From positions 139,192,001-139,256,000 of the forward strand of contig CM059432.1 of assembly GCA_030390025.1 (NCBI GenBank): DNA of 64,000 nt. Reading direction: 5' to 3'. Shown here one piece after another: positions 21,254-32,800 of the stretch. Numbering within the stretch: the stretch's first letter is position 1; every line of letters starts with the position of its first letter. The position numbers and the translations under genes are program-made. Below the pieces are notes generated by a model, which worked only from the letters and a program-made list of their open reading frames with translations, made no database searches and was not told the DNA's origin. This stretch comes from Squalus acanthias (lineage: Eukaryota).

Positions 21254-22764
21254 TCTATAGTGGTGCTACTGAGCTACTCTTGGTGATGGACATTGAAGTC
21301 CCCCACCCAGAGTACATTCTGGGCCCTCAGTGCTTCTTCCAAGTGGTGTTCAAGATGGAGGAGTACTGGTTCATCAGCTGAGGGAGGGCGGTAGGTGATA
21401 ATCAGCAGGAGGTTTCCTTGCCCATGCTTGACAAGAAGCCAAGAGACTTCATGGGGTCCGGAGTCAATGTTAAGGACTCCCAGGGCCTACTCCCTCCCAC
21501 CTGTGCCACCTCTGGTGGGTCCGTCCTGCCAGTGGGACAGGACATACCCAGGGATGGTGATGGAGGAGTCTGAGACATTGGCTGAAAGGTATGATTCTGT
21601 GAGTATGACTATGTCAGGCAATTGTTTGACTCGTCTGTGGGACAGCTCTCCCAATTTTGGCACAAGTCCCCAGATGTTAGTGAGAAGGACTGGACTGGGT
21701 GTGCCATTGTCGTGTCCAAAGCCGGTGCCTAGGTCGATGCCGGGTGGTCCATCCGGTTTTATTGTAGCAGTTTTGTACAACTGAGTGGCCATTTCCGAGG
21801 GCAGTTAAGAGTCAACCACATTGCTGTGGGTCTGGAGTCACATATAGGCCAGATAAGGACGTCAGATTTTCTCCCCTAAAGGGCATTAATGAACCAGGTG
21901 GGTTTTATACATCAATCCAATATTTTCATGGTCACCATTACTGATACTAGCTTTTTATTCGATTTATTTAAGTAACTGAATTTAAATTCCCCAGCTGCCA
22001 TGGTGGGATTTGAACTCACGTCTCTGGATCATTAGTCCAGGCCTCTGGTTTACTAGTCCAGTAACATAACCACTATGCTACCGTTCCCGATTTCTTGGGC
22101 TTTCCTGCATTCTCTAGTTAGGTAGAGATATACCGAAAAGAGAGCCAATAGAGTAAAGAAGAGAATTATTGAAAAAGTGATTGGTAAAAGGTGAAAGAGA
22201 GGGAGTCAGACACGGAGATGCAGACATCATGAAGAAGAAACTGAGAGAGAAAGAAACAAGAAAGAGAAAGAAAAAGGAAGAGCAGAACAAGGAAAGTAGA
22301 AGGCAAGCAGAATGACAGAAATAGCATTAAATAGAATTTACAGCACAGGAACAGGCATTTGGCCCAACTGGATAATGCCTTTGTTTATGCTCGACACGAG
22401 CCTCCTCCCACCCTACATCATCTCACCCGATCAGCATATCCTTCTCTTCCTTTCTCCCTCATGTTTATCTAGCTTCTCCTTAAATCCATCTATGCTATTC
22501 GCCTCAACCACTCCCTGTGGGAGCGAGTTCCACATTCTCACCACTCTCTGGGTAAAGAAGTTACTCCTGAATTCCCTACTGGATTTATTAGTGACTACTT
22601 ATGGCCCCTAGAAAAGGAACATTATGTGGAAACCTTTTTTTTTACTGATTTCCACCAATAAATTCCTGGACTTTTCTAGGTTGAGAAAAAAACAATTTCT
22701 TCCCCATTCTGACGTGCAAAAAGACCTTAATGGATCCCGAGACATGTTTGCATTGTGTTGGTGA

Positions 22765-22920
22765 CACCAATTATGATGATGTAGACAACAACACCAATTA
22801 TGATGATGTAGACAACACCAATTATGAAGTAGACAACAACACCAATTATGATGATGTAGACAACAACACCAATTATGATGATGAAGACAACAACACCAAT
22901 TATGATGTAGACAACAACAC
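22765..22920. repeat. Minisatellite of 24-27 bp (CACCAATTATGATGATGTAGACAACAA), about 6 units
   Basis: Direct tandem units differing in the number of GAT/CAA triplets. Confidence 0.95.
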
Positions 22921-23249
22921 GTGCAGTAACGTGCATCCTGCGACCCAAATTTCAGCCAGCAAAGTTTGCCAAGATGATAACTTGAGGCAAGTTCAACAAG
23001 CAGTTGGAAGATTTTGAGAGAGATTTAAGGTGCTAGCCACGCCTGACCAAGGTGGCAGGCAGCATTCTGATAACTGACTGCATAAGCATCGGCCTCAAGT
23101 ACAACCGAGAGACCCAATTCAACAAAGTAAGAGCATTAATGGTTTATAAGGGAGATGACACCAGAAAGGAATGAAAATGTGCATCGCGATGCATGTCCAC
23201 GAAGAGCTTTTTACACTGTGGAATGTTAGGTGCTGAAGCTGAGGGCCCC

Positions 23250-24850
23250 CCACTACCCAAACCCCTTGGAGTGAAGGACAGGGACAGCAGAGACTCACTT
23301 TTTGCCGCAAACAAGTGGAGGGGCCCCAGACAGAACAGCAGTAGAGAAGGGGCATATGTTCCGAGAACTGGAATGTGTTATTGCCAATTCCTATAGTTGG
23401 CACACAGCCACTGAACATTGCAAAATGTTTGATGGCCTTAACAAGTCAGGCAAAAGGAGAGGACCCATAATAGTTTACAGAGCAGAAGGAGGCCATTCAA
23501 CCCATTATGTCTATGCTGGCTCTTAGACTAGAACTAGCCAAAATTAATCACATTGCCAACCACATCCTCCAAGAATGCACTGTCTGCTTCTTTCTGCTCA
23601 TTAGCCTAACCTGCAAGTGTTCTTTGCCTGCATCTGTGACAGAAGGGAGGCAGGGCCAGGTTGTCTATGCTGCAGCGCAAGGGATGCAGGCAACAGCAGA
23701 TCCGTCTCAGGATTTAGTTGCTATGAAATGACAGCCACCAAGAAGCTCACAGCAGCCAGCCATCCTGCCACTCAGTTAGCACCTAGAAAGAGAATTAGTT
23801 TGCACACCTGGCACCAAGGGGAAGCATAGTGGTAAGAGGCACACACTCTGGAAGTGCCTTTCATTAGGTGTTTTGAATGGGAGCCGAGTTGATGCACCAA
23901 GTGAAGGGTGTGCAGATGATGGCTGGGGGAAGAAGTTGACAAGACTGTTAATCTAATGGCCAGAGAAAGAAGTCAAGAGGTTTCCCGCATGAAAGTAGCA
24001 CGCATGTCTCTTGCAGCCAACCACTGGTTCTCCTCCATAGTCTCTTCAGGCTGTTGCTGCCCCTCTTGACTAATCCCTCTGGAGCCCCCACTCTGAGGCC
24101 TCTCTCTAAGGCAAAGTTGTACAGCAGGCAGCCCACAACCAAAACCCTTGAGACCTTAGCTGGGCTGTATTGTCAGGCACACCTGGAATGATCCAAGCAC
24201 ATGAACGGTGCTTTTCAACTTTCCAATTGTGTGCTAATTGATGTTAGTCATCTGGTATCCTGGAAAATGTACAGGTGCTATCAGGCAGGGATAGCCTTGA
24301 TCTCCCAGGCGTAACCCCGAGACTTCCCATTCAGCGTGAAAGATTGATGGCCGGCTGAATTACCACGGTTTTCACTTGCATGATGCAGTGCTGCTGGTTG
24401 CAAATGAACTGGACATTGCAAATGGAATTCCTTCCTGTTGGTGGGAGAGAGTATGTTTGACAATGTGGGTACAATGTACAAATCGGGCCGGTAGGGGAAT
24501 CCTGATGCTCTGTAAAATTACACTGCTTTCTCCTGTTGACAGTTGGTTGTCCATGGGAATGTGGACCAAATGGCTTGTTCCAGCAAACAATGCCTGTGTG
24601 CACAGCTTATTGGCTAATGTTAGTGATCTCCCCAGTCAGGGTCGGGAATGAGTCTACAGCATAGAAGTTCAGGGTGGTTTTGGACAGCACAGTGGCCAAG
24701 CTGGAGATAGGCTACAAGTCGGGTTGCAGCCTATGGCATAACTTGCTGATGGCTTCCTTTGTGAAGCACAGTCTATGCTCGTGGGACAAGTGGAGATTTG
24801 GTGTAAGGCTATCAGTGGGTTAGTGGTGAGTGTACCTTGTGCTGACTGGT
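23250..24850. mobile_element. Degenerate PIF/Harbinger transposon: DDE transposase remnant (minus, about 24850-24050) and convergent Myb/SANT-like remnant (plus, about 23250-23460)
   Basis: Frameshifted minus-strand motifs in the expected order: ISQ*AVH, VHCTHI (cf. IDCTHI), NRKEFH..NVQFIC, LGDQGYP, RFMCLD..QYSPAKVSRVLVVGCLLYNFAL. The plus-strand RDSLFAANK...HTATEHCKMFDGLNKSGK match is weaker. Confidence 0.75.
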
Positions 24851-25899
24851 CAGCCTGAACCCCCACCCCACCCCCCCCCCCGTCTTCATCTGTTGCTCCT
24901 CATCCTCCAAAAACAAAGATATGAGGGATTTGAACTGGGAACAGTGGAACGGGGGAAGAGGGCATTTGGAGTCCCACAGCAAAAGACACAAAGGCAGCTG
25001 GCAAAGCAGTTCTGAGCAGTGACAAAACAAAAGGAAAGCTAAAATGAGCTGAGAAATAAGCTTCCCATGAATGCTTAGAAAGTACCTGCTGGTCCCTTCA
25101 AATACGCTCTGACCATTTCTATTATGCTTCAATAATGTTGAATGCCTGTTTTACATGGGCATGATTGCCAATGAGTGTAACCTCCTTTGAGATCTGTGCC
25201 CCCCCAATTCTGGTCTCTTGCGTATCCCCGATTGTCATTGCTCCACCATTAGCAGCTATGCCTTCAGCTGCCTAGGCCCTAAGCTCTGGAATTCCCTCCC
25301 TAAACCTCTCCTCCTCTAAGACGCTGCTTAAAACCTACCTCTTTGACAAAGCTTTTGGTCACCTGTTCTAAATGGCTCCTTATGTGTTTCAGTGTCAAAT
25401 TTTGTTTGCTAACGCTCCTGTGAAGCGCCTTGGAACATTCAAGGTGCTATATAAATGTAAGTAGTTGCTGTTGGTAACGATGGATACAAGATCAGGCGGC
25501 CATTACAATGCTATTTAAATGTGTGTGCCATGGTCGGGCAGGCACGTCACCCGTCTGCTGGAAATTGTGGCAGTAAATTGGGCAGGTACTAAAATAGACA
25601 GGGATCTGCTGTAATGGATTCCCGCCCAGTTTCCCACTTCCATGCAACCTAAATACTACAGAAGGAAAATCTGGCCTTTCATGTCCTGCCCCAACTGTTG
25701 GTCTTCCCGGTTGTTTCTGTATTACTGATTTCTCAACTTTTCTTGATGTATTCTCATTCTGCTGTTTTCCCCATACATTTGAGAGCCATGTCTGTATTAC
25801 CTTTTTGTCTTTCCAGTGCCTTGTAAAATGCTTGGTTCAGGTGACTCCTTTAAACTGAAAACTCCCAATTAAAAACAGATGAAAATGATCAAACCATGT

Positions 25900-26650
25900 T
25901 AATTTATGGAATTTATAAATTACGAGGAGAGATTGCACAAACTAGGGTTATATTCCCTAGAATTTAGAAGGTTAAGGGGTGATTTGATCAAAGTTTTCAA
26001 GATATTGAGGGGAACTGATGGAGTAGAGAGAAACTATTTCTGCTGGTTGGGGAGTCTAGGACTAGGGGACATAGTCATAGAGTCATAACGGCACAGAAGG
26101 AGGCCATTCGGCCCATCGAGTCCGTGCCGGCTCTCTGTAGGGCAATCCAGTCAGTCCCATTCCCCCGCTCTATCCCCGTAGCCCTGCAAGTTTATTTCCC
26201 TCAAGTGCCTATCCAGTCTCCCCTTGAAAACATTGCGTGTCTCCGCTTCCACTACTTCCGTCGACTGAGAATTCCAGGTCCTCGCCACTCGCTGCGTAAA
26301 AAAGTTTTTCCTCACATCCCCCCCTGTATCTCTTGCCCAAAACCTTAAATCTGTGTCCCCTAGTCCTTGTACCATCAACTAGTCTAAAAATGATGGCCAG
26401 ATCTTTCAGGAGAAGTTAGGAAACACTCCTACACGCAAATGGTGGTAGAAGTTTGGAACTCTCTTCCGCCAACGGCAGTTGATGCTAGATCAATTGTAAA
26501 TTTTAAATCTGAGTGATAGATTTTTGTTAACCAAACGTATTAAGGGATATGGGCAAAGGTAGATATATGGAGTTGGGTCGCAGATCAGCCATGATCTCAT
26601 TGAATGGTGGAACAGGCTCGAGGGGCTAAATGGCCTACTCCTGTTCTTAT
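25900..26650 (+). mobile_element. CR1 3' fragment containing a younger minus-strand CR1 3' end (about 26075-26380)
   Basis: [23 protein letters not shown] on plus; inverted [14 protein letters not shown] insert; tagtc at both junctions. Confidence 0.82.
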
Positions 26651-27369
26651 GAATATATACTTGGGGCCAAAATTCTGCGTCTGTTCCAGAGGACCCCCGC
26701 TGTAGCTTTGCAAGGAGCCCACTGGAATGCCCACAAACTCCACTGGGTCCCAGGCTCACAGTTGGAGTCCCCAATGCCTCTTACAAGGCTATTCATACAA
26801 GGGAACATGGAGCCAGGGCGAGGACACTGCTTGGTCAGGAGTTCCTAATGCGTTGGCTCTCAGTCGTGACCTGGCGTAGCATCGGTGAAGATACACCCAG
26901 TCTCAGGTGGTGTACTTTCCATCAACCAGGAGGAAAAAGGGACCGAGCTGGGGGTTGCTATGGGAGAATGAAATTGAGAGAAAAATCTCAATATATGTAG
27001 GGAACCAATGCAGCATTAAATGTACTATATACTGCAGCTTTTTAAACACTTTTTTTCCCCTCTATTTGTATCAGCAAAGATTATGGATAATTAAAGTTAG
27101 TCAGTGCTTGGAATATGCAAACTTTGTATTGTTTTAACACCTTTGTATCAACATATAAAATTAATGGATTAAAAGTGGCCAATGATGGAAGTGTAAGTGG
27201 AATACTATAAAGGTAGCAACAACAACGGTACTATAAAAGGTAGCAACAAGACTATACTTTCAAAACAGTAACCAGCCACAGCAATAATTTTTAACCTGAC
27301 AATGCTACATCAGTGCAGTTCTGTGGACCACTAATTGGCACATTAGATAGGAAAATAAAGATGGAAAAA

Positions 27370-29686
27370 AACTTGAAAATCTTGTTAACATTTATTGGCT
27401 ATATTCTTCCAAGATAATATGCAGAATAAATGTCCAAAGATATTTTTCATTAACATGAATCAACTGTCTCACCATTCAAAATTTTGCCATATTCAAGAGG
27501 TCAATCTCCGACTGAAGTACTTGCAAATGTGTAGCTCATGACAATAACAATTTAACTTTTTCTTTTGCAAAACCAGAGAGAAATAAGTAGGAATATGCAG
27601 TGCAAGAAAAAGACAAGTGACCATTGCCTAACATTACAGTCAATTAGAGGCATCAATGAACATATACACTTGATGCCTATATTAATATATATATAATATT
27701 TACGGTTTCTATTCTTACACTTCATAGCTCTTATTGCAAAAGGTAATAACTCGCGCATCCACTGCGCCTTTAGGTTGAAGGGCACCACAGAATGAAAATG
27801 AGACAAGGAATACTTTCGAAATTTCAGTAACGAGTAGCATTTCAATAGCATATGAATCGCAAAAGACAAGTAGACAGAGTACATGGTGGTTTAACTGATT
27901 CACTACCAATAAGACACCATTCAGCATCATCTGCACAGCAATCACTGGTCCCAGAAACAGAGCACGAAGGCATTGCTATGGCATCTGTCCAGAGTGTGGA
28001 TGCAGTTCGTTGTAACTGAGATAATAAGGGCAACATGGAGTGAATGAGCCAATCACACTTGGATAATGAATGTTCCCAATTACACGGATCAGATGCCGTA
28101 ATACTTTGTAAAAATGAAATTGACTTCATGTAGCAGCACAAACTGCACATCAAAAAGCAGCTTTACAATGGATTTAAAAAGAAAAAAAATCTGTTGTATG
28201 CAAGTCATGTTTTGTAGGACACAAGAAAACCTTTATTGGTCATTTCGCTTCTCCCAGACCATTTCCCAATTTTAAAAATAGCAAATCTCAAAATAGAAAC
28301 CATTAAATTCTAACTTCTGTCAAATCAACTTCAGCAGTGGGATACCTAAAAAAAACCATACAAAATAATCAATTCAACTGTTATTGAAGCCAAAGAGTTA
28401 CAACAAATTGATAGTAAAAGTTATTTACTGTTATGCAAAAATAGACCCTTGTGCTAGACAGAATTTCTACCATTAAAAAAGGTACATTTAACTTGAGACC
28501 TTTCGCCAAATATCTTCATAGAGTTTTACATATGCCTGAATACCGTGAAAATGTGAAACTGATAAGATGCACAAACATTTGATATCCTAGTACAGTATTT
28601 GATATCTTTCAGAAATCTCAAGATCATAGCAGACATATCAGCTAATGGCTGTTGACCAACTCACATACCAGATTAAGTCAATAGTTTGTTCTTAACTAAA
28701 CCAGCACAAAACCCCCAAAAAACCAATCATTTTCCCCCCTTTTCAACTGTATTTTTATGCTAACATGTGACAGACAATATTTGTTGCACATTATTATACA
28801 CTTGCCAATGTTACAATGTACTGATACTCAGTACCATGAAGATCTCACTCTCAAAATTGTGCTCTTTAAACTGGTGCCTGAAGTGTACTCCAATGCTATC
28901 TTCAGTCACGAGCACAATTTGTTCAGTGGACTCATTTCCAATTTGATTTGGGATTTGAGGTATGCTAATGTACATTTCCCCCCCCCCACCCCCCAAACAG
29001 CTGTCACTCAACAGCTCAATGGGTGAACAGCTAAAACTCTTCCATTTCACCCATATAGTGAAGAGGGTTGGGTCCGAGTACTGGCCAACACTTGTGCCTG
29101 ACTGACCGGTCATCAGTTTGTAACTGGGCTACTAAATGTTGATCCAACCATCCTTTGGGCAAGAGAAAAGAAGAAAACTGACACTCCATTTGACTTAACC
29201 AGTGGCAGCAAGAGTACGGTCACCATTCCACAGGGTTGCAGTGGATACTAAAGCTAATTTTCTCACTGTACTGATACTGGTATAGGGTCCGAGAGGCTGC
29301 GATGACCCTTTACTTTTATTTTTTTAAAAAGCTGACTACATTTTTTTTTTCAACATATGGAAGTTTCAAGGGGAAATTGCCAAGTATTGCTTCACACCAG
29401 AACAAGCAACCAGTCTGTTTACAGTTATCCAAGAGAATTTTTTTTCAGCATTTTACACAAGAAATTTAAATCACACAAGAGTCCATAGGTTTTTTTTCTT
29501 ATTAAAACATTATTAAGGTGCTAAATAACCACGTCAATTTGGATCAGCATGTAAAACGTGGCTGTCCTTTAGGAAATGGGGGCAAGGGAGAAGGGGGAGG
29601 CGGAAGAGAGGAAAAAAGAGACACACATTGCTATTTTCTGACACTTGCTTATTGAGATGAACAGTTTTTTAACAACACAAATGTAT
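27370..29686 (-). other. FAM91A1: Probable FAM91A1 3' UTR with candidate AATAAA signals at 28237-28232 and 27396-27391
   Basis: About 2.3 kb of AT-rich sequence with no recognisable transposon, directly after the stop codon. tttatt hexamers are on the plus strand. The true end is unknown. Confidence 0.55.
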
Positions 29687-29863
29687 TTAATTAGCTTGGT
29701 CCTTGTGCAATCCTGCAATATGTACAGATGAGGGAGACCGTCCAACCCATTCAGACAAAACACCATCTTTGAAGATCAGATTCTTGGCTGGAAGTGGAAC
29801 TCCTACATCAACGGACGATGATTGAGTAAATAAAGTTGCAACACTATCTGAGTCGCCAGTTTC
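29687..29863 (-). CDS. FAM91A1: FAM91A1 terminal coding exon
   Basis: cag|[61 protein letters not shown], 177 nt. Confidence 0.95.
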   Translation of the reverse strand, partial: ETGDSDSVATLFTQSSSVDVGVPLPAKNLIFKDGVLSEWVGRSPSSVHIAGLHKDQAN

Positions 29864-32800
29864 CTGAACACAAAAAAAAAGTTATGAAAAGCGAGCTTTG
29901 CAAAAACACCGTTCCAGAAACACATCCATTATACTCAATATTTCCTGACCTATCTCGTCAGTTGCTTTCTTAAAATTCACACTTATTTCAAGCAGTTGGT
30001 TCCCTCCTGATTGTTGCAGGCATTTACTGTAATACTTGACGGGCAACACTTAGGAGGACAGACAAAAAGGAAAAGGTGGCGGCGTAGCGCTGTTAATAAG
30101 GGATGAGATCGGTACGGTAGAGATAAAAGATCTTGGCTCGGCAGATCATGATGTAGAACTGGAAGCAGTTTGGGTGGAGCTAAGAAACAGCAAAGGGTGG
30201 AAAACATTGGTGGGAGTTGTGTATAGGCCACCAAACAGTAGTGGTAATGTAGGGCACAGTATCAATCAAGAAATTAGAAGTGCATGTAACAAGAGCAATA
30301 CGGTAATCATGGGGGACTTTAATCTACATATTGACTGGGCAAATCAAATGACCACTAATGGTGTGGAGGACAAATTCTTGGAATGCATGCGAGATGGTTT
30401 CCTGGATCAGTATGTGGAGGAACCAACCAAGGAACAGGCTATTCTGGATCTGGTACTGTGTAATGAGAAAGGCCTAATCAATAATCTTGTGGTAAAGGGG
30501 CCTTTAGGGACAAGTGACCATAATATGATTGAATTTTACATTAAGTTTGAGAGTGATGTAGTCCAATCTGAAACTATGGTCTTCAATCTAAACAGATCTA
30601 AACTACAAGGGTACGAGGGACAAGTTGGCCATGGTAGATTGGGAGACTACACTAAAAGGTATGAAGATGGACATACAATGGCTAACATTCAAGGAAATAA
30701 TGCATAATTTGCAACAAACATATATTCCTCTAGAGCATTAAAAACCCAAAAGGAAAAGTGATCCAACCATGGTTAACAAAAGAAATTAAAGCTAGTATTA
30801 AGTCAAAGGAGGAAGCTTATAAAGTTGCCAAAAAAAGCAGTCAGCCTGAGGATTGGGATCTTTTTAGAAATCAGCAAAGGGGGACCAAGAAATTGATCAA
30901 GGGAAAATGGAATATGAGCACAAGTTAGTGAAAAATATAAAAACAGATTGTAAAAGCTTCTATAGGTATGTGAAAAGGAAAAGACTGGTGAAGGTAAATG
31001 TAAGTCCTTTACAGTCAGAGACAGGAGAATTTATAGTGAGGGATAAGGAAATGGCAGAGAAATTAAATAAATACTTTGTTTCTGTCTTCACGGAGGAAGA
31101 CACAAAAACCTTCCCAGAAATATGGGAAAACCAAGGGTGTGGCGAGAATGAGGAACTTAAAGAAATTAGTAAAAAAACAGTACTAGCAAAATTAATGGGA
31201 CTAAAAGTCGATAAATCCCAAGGACCGGATGACCTACATCCTAGGGTTTTGAAAGAGGTAGCCATTGGGATAGTGGGCGCATTGGTTGTCATCTTCCAGA
31301 ATCTATAGAATTTTGGAACGGTTCCTGCAGATTGGAGGATAGCAAATGTAACCCCGCTATTTAAGAAAGGAGGGAGAGGGAAAACGGGGAACTACAGACC
31401 TGTTAGCCTCACATCAGTAGTTGGGAAAATGCTGGAATCTATTATAAAGGATGCAATAACTGGGCACTTAGAAACTAATAGTAAGATTGGGCAGTCAACA
31501 TGGATTTATGAAAGGGAAATCCTGTTTAACAAACCTATTGGAGTTCTTTGAGGATGTAACTAATGGAGTAGACAAAGGGAAACCGGTAGATGTGGTGTAT
31601 TTGGATTTTCAGAAGGGCCTTCGATAAGGTCCCACACAAGAGGTTGGTGAATAAAGTTAGGGCACATGGAATTGGGGGTAATATACTAGCATGGATTGAG
31701 AATTGGTTAGCAGACAGAAAACAAAGAGTAGGGATAAACGGGTCTTTTTCAGGATGGCAGGCTGTGACTAGTGGGGTACCGCAAGGATCGGTGCTTGGGC
31801 CCCAGCTAGTCACAATCTATATCAACGATTTGGATGAGGGGACTAAATGTAACATTTCCAAATTTGCTGATGATACAAAGCTAGGTGGCAGTGTCAGTTG
31901 TGAAGAGGATGTGAAGAGGCTTCAAGGGGATCTCGACAGGCTCAGGTGAGTGGGCAAGAACTTTGGTAGAAAAAACAGAAAGGCAGAGTATTTCCTAAAT
32001 GGTGAAAGATTGGGGAATGCAGATGCTCAAAGGGGCTTGGGTGTCCTTGTACATGAGTCACTGAATGTGCAGGTGCAGCAAGCCATTAGGAAGGCAAATA
32101 GTATGCTGGCCTTCATTACAAGAGGATTTGAGTACAGGAGTAAAGAAGTCTTACTCCAATTATATAGGGCCTTGGTGAGACCACACCTGGAGTACTGTGT
32201 ACAATTTTGGTCTCCTTACCCAAGGAAGGATATACTTGCCATAGAGGGAATGCAACGAAGGTTCACGAGATTGATTCCTGGGATGGCGGGACTGTTGTAT
32301 GAGAAGAGATTGAGTAAACTAGGCCTGTATTCTCTTGAATTCAGAAGAATGAGAGGGGATCTCATTGAAGCATACAGAATTATTACAGGGCTTGATAGGG
32401 TGGATGCTAGGAGAATGTTTCCCTTGGCTGGGGAGTCTAGAACCAGGGGCCACAGCCTCAGGATAAAGGGTAGGCCATTCAGGACTGAGATGAGAAGAAA
32501 TTTCTTCTCACACAGGGTGGTGAATCTTTGGAATTCTCTACCCCAGAGGGCTGTGGAGGCTCAGTCATTGGGTATATTCAAAACAGAAGTCGATAGATTT
32601 CTGACTAGTAAGGGTATCAAGGGATATGGCAATAGGGCCAGTGAATGGAGTTGAGGCAGAAGATCAGCCATGATCTCATTGAATGGCGGAGCAGGCTCGA
32701 AGGGCCGAATGGCCTACTCCTGCTCCTATTCTTATGTTCTTACGTTCTAACACAAACACACCGGCAAAAGTATGTATGTGAATTAATGTGTAACCTACAT

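Larger units (their letters stand above)
17524..22083 (-). mobile_element. tRNA/Meta-headed CR1-group LINE, partly deleted, split by two plus-strand CR1 insertions
   Basis: Segments 17524-17869, 19602-20228 and 21257-22083 are collinear with the copy at 33688-36850; A/B boxes at 22080-22070 and 22015-22006. Confidence 0.85.

Noticed and set aside
22000..22083. tRNA gene (also the heads at about 10900-10960, 43240-43300 and 45470)
   Set aside because: A/B boxes are present, but no complete cloverleaf was found and each is fused to a retroposon body.
22727..23017. NYDDVDNNT and GVVVYIIII repeat ORFs (acidic or transmembrane peptide)
   Set aside because: By-products of a triplet-length minisatellite; no independent gene evidence.
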